Notes: generated by a model from the sequence alone, not told the origin. Positions 52,586-62,833 are shown, counted from the first letter of the stretch. The stretch is 64,000 bases of DNA from Planctomycetaceae bacterium (GCA_902630355.1 CACOUL010000004.1:19879-83878); one strand, 5' to 3'. Program-made: numbers and translations.

Positions 52586-53032
52586 CTATGGTTTTTGATC
52601 TTGCTGCCATGCTTCGTAGTCTATGGTTGAACCTACGAAGAACGTAATAACGGGCGGATCATCATTGCGTTGACTTGTGCCTCCACCGTGGAAGACGACC
52701 ACATCCTTACCAAGGCTCGGTGCGTCTCCGTTGGGTCCCGTCCAAGTCTCGTAATCTTGCGGTATCGTCATTCCGTCGTCGTAGCTCGCGGTTTGGACAT
52801 GCAAAGGCTGGAATGGCTTGAACGATGTCACGCGAAGAACTCCGCTGGCCGGGATGTTGTAGACGTATTTGCCATCCGTAGGTGTGACCTCAGCACCCTC
52901 AGCCTCGTCCAAGATCAGACGAATGGGACCGTCGAATCCTTCCGGCAAAATGAAATGCACTGGCGTTCGATTATGAGAGCACCCACAACAGATAGCCAGC
53001 GCTAGAAATAGTGGCGTGACGGTACGGATCAT
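52586..53032 (-). CDS. Hypothetical lipoprotein (DUF6843-like)
   Basis: Signal with lipobox-like CCGC; FILPEGFDG..YNIPASGVL motif. Confidence 0.7.
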   Translation of the reverse strand: MIRTVTPLFLALAICCGCSHNRTPVHFILPEGFDGPIRLILDEAEGAEVTPTDGKYVYNIPASGVLRVTSFKPFQPLHVQTASYDDGMTIPQDYETWTGPNGDAPSLGKDVVVFHGGGTSQRNDDPPVITFFVGSTIDYEAWQQDQKP

Positions 53033-53108
53033 GGCTGACAGTCTGGCATCGAGAATTGTTTTTTTACAGGTGAAACCGTGAAAACGACCGTCAATTAATT
53101 GAAGCCGA

Positions 53109-53486
53109 CTAATGTCTCTCTTGCGGTCGCACGTCCTGTGCTTCTTCCGGATCGCATAGCTGATCAAACGCGATCCACAAACTGCGGGCGTAGCGAAAAA
53201 ACCAGAGTGGAAAGACAACGCAAAAAACCATCGTCGACCATAAAACGATCTGGCCCGGCAATTCAAAAACGAACACGAGCAACGGATAGCCGATTGTGAC
53301 GATCAATGCGGTCAAACCATAATTGAAGTAGATCGAACCGAGAAAGTACCCCTCTTCTCGCGCATACTTTAATTCGCAGTAGACACAGTGACTGAACATG
53401 CTGAAGGGCGTGCGAAAAATGCGGCCCTTGCCGCACTGTGGACACCGCAGGCGGATCGCACGAAAAAAATATCTCCACAACCGCAT
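53109..53486 (-). CDS. DUF983 family membrane protein
   Basis: LRCPQCGKG.IF..C..C, EGYF, two TM, SLW. Confidence 0.85.
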   Translation of the reverse strand: MRLWRYFFRAIRLRCPQCGKGRIFRTPFSMFSHCVYCELKYAREEGYFLGSIYFNYGLTALIVTIGYPLLVFVFELPGQIVLWSTMVFCVVFPLWFFRYARSLWIAFDQLCDPEEAQDVRPQERH

Positions 53487-53620
53487 GTCTCACCCCACTC
53501 GCAAGTTACCCTGTGCCCACCACGGTCCTCCCGGTCGCAACGCTCTCGTATTAGAATAGTCAGCGACTGCGGGACGGGGAATCGGGCGGTAACACTATCG
53601 TAGCAGAGAAAGGAACTCGC

Positions 53621-54394
53621 ATGCTCAGGTCGAATCGTGCCATCGCACTCGGGATCGCAGTGTCGTTTTTGCTTCTGCCCGAATCGACCCACAGTCGGGA
53701 AGACGTATCGAAGGATTCCGGGCGCAACGATTCAGTAGCGGCACAGGACCCCGCCACGACTCCACCGCCCCGAACCCACTACAAGGGTCGTGAAATTGCC
53801 GTCACGATGCACTACACAGGGGCACCCTGGTTGGTCCGCGAATCGCGCGAGCGGGAGGAGGAATGCAGCACGCTGCTGAAGGCGCTGAAATTGAAGCCGG
53901 ACCAAGTCGTTTGCGACCTCGGATGCGGTAACGGTTTTTATGCACTTCCCATTGCGAAACTCGTGCCCAAGGGAAAGGTAATCGGTGTCGATATCCAACC
54001 GCAAATGCTCCGCATGCTCCGGGAGCGGTCCCGCGTGGCAAAAATCGACAACATCGAACCGGTCCTCGGCACCCTCACCGATCCGAAACTGCCGGAAGGG
54101 AAAGTGGACCTTGTGCTGTGTGTCGATGCGTATCACGAATTTTCCCACCCCGAACAGATGCTCCGGCACATCCGCCGATCCCTCTCGCCGACGGGCCGCC
54201 TGGCATTGGTCGAATTTCGGGAAGAGGATCCCAAGGTTCCGATCAAACCGCTGCATAAAATGAGCAAGCGACAGATCCTCAAAGAACTCATCCCCAACGG
54301 ATTTCAACTGGTGGGCCAGTTCGACGCCCTCCCCTGGCAGCATGTGATGTTCTTCGGTCGCGATGAGAGTTGGCAACCACCTGAGAAGAAATAA
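53621..54394 (+). CDS. Class I SAM-dependent methyltransferase with signal peptide
   Basis: DLGCGNG, GVDIQP, VDAYHEF; hydrophobic N-terminus. Confidence 0.88.
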   Translation: MLRSNRAIALGIAVSFLLLPESTHSREDVSKDSGRNDSVAAQDPATTPPPRTHYKGREIAVTMHYTGAPWLVRESREREEECSTLLKALKLKPDQVVCDLGCGNGFYALPIAKLVPKGKVIGVDIQPQMLRMLRERSRVAKIDNIEPVLGTLTDPKLPEGKVDLVLCVDAYHEFSHPEQMLRHIRRSLSPTGRLALVEFREEDPKVPIKPLHKMSKRQILKELIPNGFQLVGQFDALPWQHVMFFGRDESWQPPEKK

Positions 54395-54403
54395 CCTGCC
54401 ACC

Positions 54404-55357
54404 ATGTTGATTCAAATTCTGTTGCTCCTCGGCGGTTGCGTCCTCCTTTATGCGGGAGCCACTTGGCTCGTGCGGGGCGCCTCGGAATTAGCGGTCGCGC
54501 TGAAAATCCCCAAAGCGATCGTCGGCCTGCTGCTAGTGGCCTTCGGCACGAGCGCGCCGGAACTGATCGTGAATCTGATTGCCGCCTATCAGGGTAAGAC
54601 CAGCTTTGCGCTGGCCAATGTCTCGGGAAGCAATTTGACCAATCTGCTCGTCGGCTTCGGGCTCTGCGGAGTGCTCGGTGGGTTGATCATCTCCTGGCGG
54701 ACCTTCATTTACGATCTTTGGGCGCTCATCCTCTCGGCAACCATTCCCCTGGCCGTACTTCTGTTGCATGACCATATGCCGCTCTGGGCAGTGATCCCTT
54801 TGCTCGTCGGCATCGTCGCCTACATCTGGACGATCCGCCGACGGTTCAAGGAGAGCGTGCCAGCGGAAATCGACCGCGATCACCTGCATCCGGTGCTCAG
54901 CAGTCTGCTCTTTCTCTTTGGCACCGCAGTGCTCTACGGAGGCGGACACCTCGTCCTAAACGGGGCGGTCGAAATTGCCGATAAGCTGAACATCAAAGCC
55001 TCCTTGATCGGCCTGACCCTCGTCGCCGCCGGAACCTCAATCCCCGACGCGGTGGCGAGCATCGTCGCCGCCCGACGAGGCGAACACGAGATTGCAGTTG
55101 GCAACTTGTTGGGCAGTAACATCGCAAACATTCTTGTGGTGCTTTCCGGTACGATGCTCGCTGCCTGGACGGGAGCAGACACCACCGTTCTGGAAGCGGA
55201 CGAATGGACAAAATGGGATTACACGGCGGTGCTGGTCGCATCGCTGGGATTCTTCGGGGCCGTCGCCCGCTGGGGACGCATCAGCCGATTTGGTGGAATG
55301 CTGATGATCATCTGCTTCTGCCTCTATATGGGACTGCGGGTTTACTGTTCCCTCTAA
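54404..55357 (+). CDS. Ca2+/Na+ antiporter (YrbG/CaCA family)
   Basis: Alpha repeats FGTSAPEL..GSN and AGTSIPD..GNLLGSN. Confidence 0.92.
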   Translation: MLIQILLLLGGCVLLYAGATWLVRGASELAVALKIPKAIVGLLLVAFGTSAPELIVNLIAAYQGKTSFALANVSGSNLTNLLVGFGLCGVLGGLIISWRTFIYDLWALILSATIPLAVLLLHDHMPLWAVIPLLVGIVAYIWTIRRRFKESVPAEIDRDHLHPVLSSLLFLFGTAVLYGGGHLVLNGAVEIADKLNIKASLIGLTLVAAGTSIPDAVASIVAARRGEHEIAVGNLLGSNIANILVVLSGTMLAAWTGADTTVLEADEWTKWDYTAVLVASLGFFGAVARWGRISRFGGMLMIICFCLYMGLRVYCSL

Positions 55358-55382
55358 CAATCTTTCCAGCCGTCGACCGCCC

Positions 55383-55703
55383 ATGGAATCGATCCACACC
55401 ATTCGCCTGAGGGAACCCTGGGAGCAGCGGCAGAGTCCCGAAGGCTCCGTCCATCGCCGGACCTTCCATGCTCCGACCGGCATCACTCCGGAAGACACCC
55501 TATGGATCGTGATCGATTCGCAAGAAATTCCTGTCCGGCTGTGCTGTAATGGCGCCGTACTCGGTGATGTACACCGGCAAGCCTCTTTCGAGATCACCCC
55601 CTTGCTCGCACCCACCAATCACCTGGAGATGTTTTTTTCACCGAGTGAGCCTCACCCGCAACGCGGGTCGGTTTGCCTGGAGATACGCTGTCCCGAACCG
55701 TAA
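55383..55703 (+). CDS. Hypothetical protein, GH2 sugar-binding-domain-like
   Basis: HTIRLREPW, RRTFHAP, NG..LG, FEITPLL..N pattern. Confidence 0.6.
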   Translation: MESIHTIRLREPWEQRQSPEGSVHRRTFHAPTGITPEDTLWIVIDSQEIPVRLCCNGAVLGDVHRQASFEITPLLAPTNHLEMFFSPSEPHPQRGSVCLEIRCPEP

Positions 55704-55725
55704 AATAATTTTTCGATTGCCAACA

Positions 55726-56931
55726 ATGCTCAAAAAAATCTTGACTTTGTGCGCCTGTTGTATTTCACTCTCGATCAGTGCGGCTACCTCAATCGGTGAC
55801 GCTGCAGACGAGTCGTCTCCCGCAGTTCCGAATCGGCTCACGGCAAAAGAACTCGCTGCGGGGTGGATTTTACTCTTCGACGGGGAAACCCTCTTCGGCT
55901 GGAAAGACGCGAGTAAAACCGACTGGCAGGTTGTCGACGGAGAAATTCGAGCGACCCGCGGCGAGGTGGGGCTACTGCACACGACCACCCAATTCGCCGA
56001 TTTTGAATTGGCATGCGAATTCAAAGCAGACCCGAAAACCAATAGCGGCATCTTTCTGCGGACGAGTCCCCGGCCCGCCGGACCGACCCAAGGTTGCTAT
56101 GAACTGAACATTGCGGGTCCCGAACAAAGTCCGTTCCCAACCGGAAGTCTGGTCGGCAGACAAAAGGGGACATTTTCGTGTGCCGATGATCGCTGGCACA
56201 CCTACCACGTGGTAGCCCGGGGGGGCAATTTTTCGGTCCGCCTCGATGGGCGACCGGTCCTCGATTGGGAAGACGCCCGACCGCTCGGCCGCGGCTTTAT
56301 CGGACTGCAGCACAATGAGGGGCCTATCGCATTTCGCAACATCAAACTGCGACCGCTGGGACTTGCGCCCCTGTTCAACGGGAAGGACCTCTCGGGATGG
56401 AGAAAGTATCCCGGCAAAGTGAGTCGATTCAGCGCGACTCCTGAAGGGGAGATTCTGGTACTCGATGGACCGGGGCAACTGGAAACCGAAGCGGTGTTCG
56501 GCGATTTCGTTCTGCAAGCAGAGGTGTTCGTCGATGGGGAAGCGTTGAACTCGGGAATTTTTTTCCGCAGCATACCGGGAGAATTTTCCAACGGCTACGA
56601 GAGCCAGATCCACAACGGCTACGAAGGAGACGACCGCTCCCGTCCGACCAATGCGGGAACCGGAGCCATCTTCCGTAGACAGAATGCGCGGCGTGTCGCA
56701 TCGGACGACCGTGCGTGGTTTACCAAAACCATTATCTGCGAAGGCCCGCACATGGCGGTATGGGTCAACGGACTCCAAGTCACCGACTGGACCGACCGTC
56801 GGTCGGCCGACCTCAACCCGCGCCGTGGGCGGCGACTCGAAGCGGGTACGATTATTCTGCAGGGACACGATCCGACGACAAATCTTCGCTTTCGAAATAT
56901 CGAGGCGGTGGAAATGCCACCGCGGCGATAA
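55726..56931 (+). CDS. Secreted tandem DUF1080 (3-keto-disaccharide hydrolase-like) protein
   Basis: Two copies of LF(D/N)G..L.GW..NSGIF.R..YE..G.I.LQ.H..FRNI. Confidence 0.9.
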   Translation: MLKKILTLCACCISLSISAATSIGDAADESSPAVPNRLTAKELAAGWILLFDGETLFGWKDASKTDWQVVDGEIRATRGEVGLLHTTTQFADFELACEFKADPKTNSGIFLRTSPRPAGPTQGCYELNIAGPEQSPFPTGSLVGRQKGTFSCADDRWHTYHVVARGGNFSVRLDGRPVLDWEDARPLGRGFIGLQHNEGPIAFRNIKLRPLGLAPLFNGKDLSGWRKYPGKVSRFSATPEGEILVLDGPGQLETEAVFGDFVLQAEVFVDGEALNSGIFFRSIPGEFSNGYESQIHNGYEGDDRSRPTNAGTGAIFRRQNARRVASDDRAWFTKTIICEGPHMAVWVNGLQVTDWTDRRSADLNPRRGRRLEAGTIILQGHDPTTNLRFRNIEAVEMPPRR

Positions 56932-57105
56932 ATCGTCGCGAATTGCCCGCGTGAAAAAAGCGAGGCCGAAGGTTACAATGCAGAAATGGGGAAGGGGAGG
57001 GCAAACCGCCTGCGAATCCCACCTGCCGACCTCGATTCCACATCGCTCGCGTCAGCCGAGATCACGCCAAGAAAATCAGACGAAGACCCCGTGGGGAAAA
57101 CATCC

Positions 57106-60100
57106 ATGTTCCGACCCGTCGCACTCTTTACCTTTGGGCTGACTGTTTTGTGCTTACTTCAGAGTTTTACGCCCACCGCTCGGGATGCATTCGCCAACAA
57201 GCAAGAAACCGATTTCACGCCGCCGGCGATGCAGATTCCGGACGATTACGAAATCGAATTGGTCGCCGGTCCCCCGCTGGTAAAACATCCGATGCTTGCG
57301 GCCTTTGATGACCGTGGACGCCTTTTTGTGGCCGAGACTGACGGAGAGAATCTGCGGAAAGAAGAATTGCTCGAAACGCGTAATCGATTTATCCGCATGC
57401 TCGAAGACACCGATGGGGATGGGAAATTCGATAAAAGCACGATCTTTGCCGACAATATGGTGATGCCCGAGGGTGCCTTGTGGCATGACGGTGCGCTCTA
57501 CGTGATCTCGGCCCCCTACCTGTGGCGCCTCGAAGATACCGACGACGACGGTGTGGCCGACAAACGGGAGAAATTGGTCGGCAAATTTGATTTCAATGGC
57601 AATCCGAACCTTACCGGCCCGTACCTCGGTCCGTGTGGAAGAATTTATTTCACCGGCGGCGCGTTCGGTTACGACCTGGAAGACGCGGGAGGCCGCAAAC
57701 TCGGTGCCAGTTCGGCAGCCGGAGTCTTTTCCTGCAAGGCCGACGGAACCGACTTGCAAATTTTCGGCCAGGGAACCATCAATCCCGTGGAGGTGATGTT
57801 TACGCCGGCCGGTGAGTTATTCACCACCGTGGCGATCTTCGACAATGAAGGGGGACGACACGATGCGTTAATGCACTGGGTCGATGGATGCCTCTCCAAG
57901 CAGGTCTGGGGCAAGCCGCTCTTACCACAAACGGGACATCCGCTTCCGGCCGTCTGCCGCTGGGGCCAGGTGGCACCCGCCGGTTTGATGCGTTACCGGG
58001 GTGCGGGGCTCTCGGAGGAATACCAAAACAATATTTTTGCCTGTCAGTTTGATACGCATCAAGTGATGCGGGTGGAGTTGGAACGTAACGGATCCTCTTT
58101 TTTGCCCACCCGGGACGAACCGTGGCTGACGAGCAGTGAGATCGATTTCCATCCCACCGACATTTTCGAAGACGCGGACGGGAGTCTGCTGATGATCGAT
58201 ACGGGGGGTTGGCTCTACTACGGATGCCCCACCTCGAAAATTGCCAAGCCAAATATCTATGGCGCGATCTACCGCTTGCGGCAGAAGGGGATGAAAAAGA
58301 TCGACGATCCCCGCGGCAATCAACTCGACTGGGAGAACGCCACGGCTAGTGAAATAAGCGGTTGGCTCGCCGATCCGCGTCCGGTTGTCCGGGATCGGGC
58401 CATCGACACCTTGGCGCGCCGCAGCGATGCGGCTCTCGATGCGTTGGCGATGGTGGTAGGTGGCGAGCAAGCGCAAACGTACAGCGTCCAGGCTCGAAGA
58501 AATGCGGTCTGGACCCTCTCCCGTATCGGCAATGAGGCCGCGCGGGAAACGCTCCGCACCGCCTTGAACGATCCCGATGCCACGGTGCGTCAAGCGGCGG
58601 TTCGAAGCCTCGGTGTCCTCGCCGATGGACCGGCGGTGGTGAAACTTTGTCAAATGCTCAAAGAGGATGAGGCCCCGGTGCGACGGGCAGCGGCAACGGC
58701 ACTTGGAAAAATGACGAACCAGGACGCCGTGCCGACCTCGCCGATCGTTGCCGCGTTACTCGGTGGGATTGCCCGGGAAGACAACGACGAATATCTGCTG
58801 CACGCACAAACCTACGCGCTTATCAAACTCGGGAATCCATTGGCAACGATGCAAGGTTTGGCGAGCGAGAATCCTCGCGTACAGAAGGCAGCCTTGATGG
58901 CGCTGAACCAGATACCGGATAGCCCCTTAGATCACGAAGATGTCATTCTGCTGCTCGACACGACTGATCCACTGCTCCGTACGACCGCAATCGAGGTCAT
59001 CACCCAACATAAAGAGTGGGCTCAAAAAATTGCCGATGTCGTTACCAAATGGCTAAGTGACCCCGATCTCAATGAAGAAAATCGAGGCCTGGCGAAGGCG
59101 GTTCTGACCACCTTCGCCGGCGACTCCGACATTCAGCCGCTTATGGCGGCCGCCCTGGATGAGCAGGCGACGGTGAAGGCAACAAAGCTACTCGTTCTCG
59201 ATGCGTTGGCCGAAAGCAACCTGGAAGCGATGCCGGATCGTTTTATTGAGGCATTGCGTCAACTCATGGCGACCGAGGACGCCGAGGCTCTCCAGCGGGT
59301 CGTCACCTCCATCGCGATGAAAGACACCGACAAACTGGACGATGCCCTGCGGACAATCGGTCAGTCGGATCGCTTCGAGGATCCGCTCCGCGTGGCGGCA
59401 TTGGCCATCATTGCCCGTCACGGAGGCGCGCTCAATGACGAAGAATTTGATCTGCTGGTCGATCAATTCGATGAAGAAATTATTCCTCTCGATCGGATTC
59501 GCGCCGCAACTGCACTGGCGACCGCTGGACTATCGCGCGAGCAGACGTTGCAAGTCGCCGATCTTCTGGGCATTGTGGGTCCGCTCGAACTGCCGGTTCT
59601 CTTGGAACGATTCGAGCGAGATTCGGCGCCGGTGGTGGTCAATGTCGACGTCCAGCCAGCCAAGGCCAAATCGCATCGAGGCGTCGCGGCCTATCAGGAC
59701 GAACCGCAAGAACATCTCGCGGTGTGGAACACGTGGGACCCACTGACCGGCAAAGGTTTTCTCTATCTGCGGGCGAGCGACGGAGCCTACAGCGGGCTCT
59801 CACTCAGTCCGATCGAAGGGGCCGAACTTCGGCCCTACAACATCAACCGGTTTGATCGCTTGATGGGAGATTTTGTCTACAACGGTCTTGAGGAAGGGGG
59901 AGGTGAACATCAGGCGTTTGAAAATCACTTCACCATCAGTGGATTTAAGCCAGGAGTGGAATACGACATCTACTATTACGGTTCAGCTTACCCCAAGCCC
60001 AACGCGCGTGGTGCCGAAGTCACGCTAACGGGCGGCGACGGACCGGTGATGCAGGAAATTCGCGGCCTGCGACCGGAGAACAAACATTACAAAGAAGGCA

Positions 60101-60867
60101 TCACGCACACACTCTTCGAGGGAGTCGCCCCGCGTGAAGATGGCACGATCGACATCTCCTGGAAAAGTTTTCGTGACGACAAGGAAGGGAACTTTGGAAT
60201 TTTGAACGGACTCACAATTGTGGCCCCGGCGGATGCCGAGGGGCGCGACCCGGAGATCGCGGACCGCATGCTCGATGGTATGAGCGAGTCCCCGGCGATA
60301 AGCAGTCTTCAACCGGAGCGAATTGAAAAACTGATCTCGCGGTTCCCGGCGCCGGTCGTCGAGAAAGGCAAGCCGCTGGTCGAAAAGTTGCGGGTCAGTA
60401 ACGAGGATCAGGCAAAGCATCTGGCGGAATTGATGCCCCATATCGGCAGCGGGGACCCGCAGCGGGGCAAGGAAGTATTCTTTGGAAACAAGGCTGCCTG
60501 TCACACGTGCCATCGTGCCCACGGGGAGGGAGGAGAGGTCGGCCCGGAACTGACCCTGATCGGGCGGATTCGGACCGATCGCGATCTGGCAGAATCGATC
60601 GTCTACCCCAGTTCAACGATCGCCAATGGTTACACCACGTTTTCCGTGATTACCGGTTCGGGCCGGGTGGTCGACGGGGTCATTCATCGCGAGACTGCCG
60701 ATGCGATCCATCTGCGGATGGCCGACAAACCGGAAGAAAAAATTGCCCGTGAAGATATTGAGGAAATGATCGCGCTGCCGACCTCGATTATGCCCCAGGG
60801 CCTTGAAAAAACCATTTCACGAAGTGAATTGAGCGATCTGATCGCCTATCTGAGGACACTCAAATAG
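57106..60867 (+). CDS. PVC-type heme-binding CxxCH protein (beta-propeller, HEAT repeats, inserted beta-sandwich, cytochrome c)
   Basis: Signal peptide; FDDRGRLFVAE, LEDTDGDG, HEAT repeats, G..RGKEVF..CHTCH..VGPEL, S.MPQGL. Confidence 0.9.
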   Translation: MFRPVALFTFGLTVLCLLQSFTPTARDAFANKQETDFTPPAMQIPDDYEIELVAGPPLVKHPMLAAFDDRGRLFVAETDGENLRKEELLETRNRFIRMLEDTDGDGKFDKSTIFADNMVMPEGALWHDGALYVISAPYLWRLEDTDDDGVADKREKLVGKFDFNGNPNLTGPYLGPCGRIYFTGGAFGYDLEDAGGRKLGASSAAGVFSCKADGTDLQIFGQGTINPVEVMFTPAGELFTTVAIFDNEGGRHDALMHWVDGCLSKQVWGKPLLPQTGHPLPAVCRWGQVAPAGLMRYRGAGLSEEYQNNIFACQFDTHQVMRVELERNGSSFLPTRDEPWLTSSEIDFHPTDIFEDADGSLLMIDTGGWLYYGCPTSKIAKPNIYGAIYRLRQKGMKKIDDPRGNQLDWENATASEISGWLADPRPVVRDRAIDTLARRSDAALDALAMVVGGEQAQTYSVQARRNAVWTLSRIGNEAARETLRTALNDPDATVRQAAVRSLGVLADGPAVVKLCQMLKEDEAPVRRAAATALGKMTNQDAVPTSPIVAALLGGIAREDNDEYLLHAQTYALIKLGNPLATMQGLASENPRVQKAALMALNQIPDSPLDHEDVILLLDTTDPLLRTTAIEVITQHKEWAQKIADVVTKWLSDPDLNEENRGLAKAVLTTFAGDSDIQPLMAAALDEQATVKATKLLVLDALAESNLEAMPDRFIEALRQLMATEDAEALQRVVTSIAMKDTDKLDDALRTIGQSDRFEDPLRVAALAIIARHGGALNDEEFDLLVDQFDEEIIPLDRIRAATALATAGLSREQTLQVADLLGIVGPLELPVLLERFERDSAPVVVNVDVQPAKAKSHRGVAAYQDEPQEHLAVWNTWDPLTGKGFLYLRASDGAYSGLSLSPIEGAELRPYNINRFDRLMGDFVYNGLEEGGGEHQAFENHFTISGFKPGVEYDIYYYGSAYPKPNARGAEVTLTGGDGPVMQEIRGLRPENKHYKEGITHTLFEGVAPREDGTIDISWKSFRDDKEGNFGILNGLTIVAPADAEGRDPEIADRMLDGMSESPAISSLQPERIEKLISRFPAPVVEKGKPLVEKLRVSNEDQAKHLAELMPHIGSGDPQRGKEVFFGNKAACHTCHRAHGEGGEVGPELTLIGRIRTDRDLAESIVYPSSTIANGYTTFSVITGSGRVVDGVIHRETADAIHLRMADKPEEKIAREDIEEMIALPTSIMPQGLEKTISRSELSDLIAYLRTLK

Positions 60868-60872
60868 ACTCA

Positions 60873-61811
60873 CTACCGCTTGAGCCCCGCCGCGCGTAGC
60901 TCGCGCGGAAGAGGAAATAAAACTTTTTCCGTCTGCATCACCCGCTCTTCGATCGATGCGGCAAACTGCTGTTCCAAATGGCGACAGACTTCCTGCACGA
61001 GTGATTCGGGCGCGCTCGCACCGGCAGTGATCAATACCGTATCGACATTCTCAAACCAGCGATCGTCCATATCGTCGACTCCATCGATCAACCGAGAGGG
61101 GGTTGCGCACTCCCGGCCGATGTCTGCCAAACGCTGACTGTTGGAACTATTTTGACTTCCCAGCACGAGGACAAAATCGGCCTCGTCTGCGAGCACGCGC
61201 ACTGCCTCCTGGCGATTCTGGGTCGCATAGCAGATGTCGTCCTTCGGCGGCCCTTTGATTTCTGGAAATCGGCAGCGCAACCGAGAAATCACTCGATTTG
61301 CATCATCGACCGAGAGCGTTGTCTGGGTCAGATAGGCCAATTGATGCTCATCGGCGACCTCCAGGCGGTCTACATCCTCGGGAGTCTCTACCAGGATGAT
61401 CGATTCGGGTGCCTCGCCCATCGTGCCGATCACTTCATCGTGTCCCTCATGACCAATCAAGATGATCGTCCGTCCCTCCTTGGCATACTTGACTGCTTCG
61501 AGATGCACTTTGGTCACCAAGGGGCACGTGGCATCAATGGCGCGTAAATTGCGATCTTTCGCCAGCTCTCGGATTTCGGGCGAGACCCCATGCGCGGAAA
61601 AAAGCAGGGTAGACCCGATGGGAACATCGGAGAGGTCTTCCACAAAAATCACGCCATCCGATTCGAAGCGTTCGACCACGAATTTATTGTGCACAATCTC
61701 GTGATAGACGTAGATAGGCGGGGGAAAAGCGTCAATCGCCAAGCGAAGGCTCTCGATCGCCATTTCCACTCCCGCGCAAAATCCACGCGGCGCTGCCAAA
61801 ATTATTTTCAT
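60873..61811 (-). CDS. ispH: 4-hydroxy-3-methylbut-2-enyl diphosphate reductase
   Basis: PRGFCAGV, HEIVHN, SAHG, DATCPLV, QTTLS, DICYATQNRQ, NSSNS, TAGASAP. Confidence 0.97.
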   Translation of the reverse strand: MKIILAAPRGFCAGVEMAIESLRLAIDAFPPPIYVYHEIVHNKFVVERFESDGVIFVEDLSDVPIGSTLLFSAHGVSPEIRELAKDRNLRAIDATCPLVTKVHLEAVKYAKEGRTIILIGHEGHDEVIGTMGEAPESIILVETPEDVDRLEVADEHQLAYLTQTTLSVDDANRVISRLRCRFPEIKGPPKDDICYATQNRQEAVRVLADEADFVLVLGSQNSSNSQRLADIGRECATPSRLIDGVDDMDDRWFENVDTVLITAGASAPESLVQEVCRHLEQQFAASIEERVMQTEKVLFPLPRELRAAGLKR

Positions 61812-61915
61812 CGTCTAACGCTCCACCCGACCGAAACGAGATTGCATCATTCGTTGTTATCGCTTCATCTTAGTGGAATAAAAACGTCTCTACCAGCAAG
61901 CGCCACCGTATTCGC

Positions 61916-62833
61916 TCAGCGATCGCGCTCTGGTGGAGGGGTATTTTCTGCCGACGACGCCGACGAGTCGGACGACTCCTCGCGCGGTCGCAGGGGCAAC
62001 CAGTGGTCGATCACGCCCTTCAAGAACGCTGCTAAGTGATCGGCGGAGTTTAGCGCGGCTTGCTTGTGCTGAAACCAGTCCCGGACGGTGCCCGGTCGGC
62101 GAAGGGTTCCGCCGACTAAGGAGCCGAGTCGCGCCGAGGCGGACTTTTGCTTGCTCGAATGCTGTATTTCGCGAGGCGGGCTCTCTTCCATATTTTCCCG
62201 AACGATTCGAATCACCAAACAGCGAACGCCCGCGTCGCGACACGCCTCGGCAATCCCCAGAGAGGTCGTATCAGCCGCATCGGCACCGTGGGTATCGCCA
62301 AGCGACCGCCGCTGATTCTCCGTGGTCGGGAGTTGATCGAGCGTAAGCAGGGCACCACACTGAAACGCTCCGGTGTTTGCCGCTGATTCGTCCAAGTCAA
62401 TCTTCAAACACTTCCCCTGGGTATCGACAATGCGGGATGCCATCAGGAGGTCTTGTCCTTTCAACTGCGACTTGAGCGGTACGGCAAATCCCGTAGCGAT
62501 CACCCATTGCGGTCGGTGCGCTCGAATCACCGATTGCGTTACCCGCGAAGCGCGGGCTGCGTCTCCCGACACCTGTGCCACCAAGACGTGCCGTCCCTCG
62601 CAGAGGCCCCGGTAGAGACGGAACTCTTGCGAGTGGATCTTGAGAACACCGGTCATCAAATCGAGCATACTCCCTGCTTCTGCACTTTCGTTTACGATTA
62701 GTGCAACATCCACCGCCGCTTCCAATGATGTGGCTGCCTTCAAATCGCTCGTGACCGTATCGAGCGACTCACTTGCCAAACGCTGTTTTGCTTCTCGCAT
62801 CAAAAGAGAACGTACCCAACTCTTCCAAACCAT
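61916..62833 (-). CDS. Nucleoside phosphorylase / MTA-SAH nucleosidase-fold protein (HpnG-like), degenerate motifs
   Basis: HRPQWVIATGFA, G.LLT, AADTTS, LVIRIV pattern; lies between the SHC-like gene and ispH. Confidence 0.75.
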   Translation of the reverse strand: MVWKSWVRSLLMREAKQRLASESLDTVTSDLKAATSLEAAVDVALIVNESAEAGSMLDLMTGVLKIHSQEFRLYRGLCEGRHVLVAQVSGDAARASRVTQSVIRAHRPQWVIATGFAVPLKSQLKGQDLLMASRIVDTQGKCLKIDLDESAANTGAFQCGALLTLDQLPTTENQRRSLGDTHGADAADTTSLGIAEACRDAGVRCLVIRIVRENMEESPPREIQHSSKQKSASARLGSLVGGTLRRPGTVRDWFQHKQAALNSADHLAAFLKGVIDHWLPLRPREESSDSSASSAENTPPPERDR

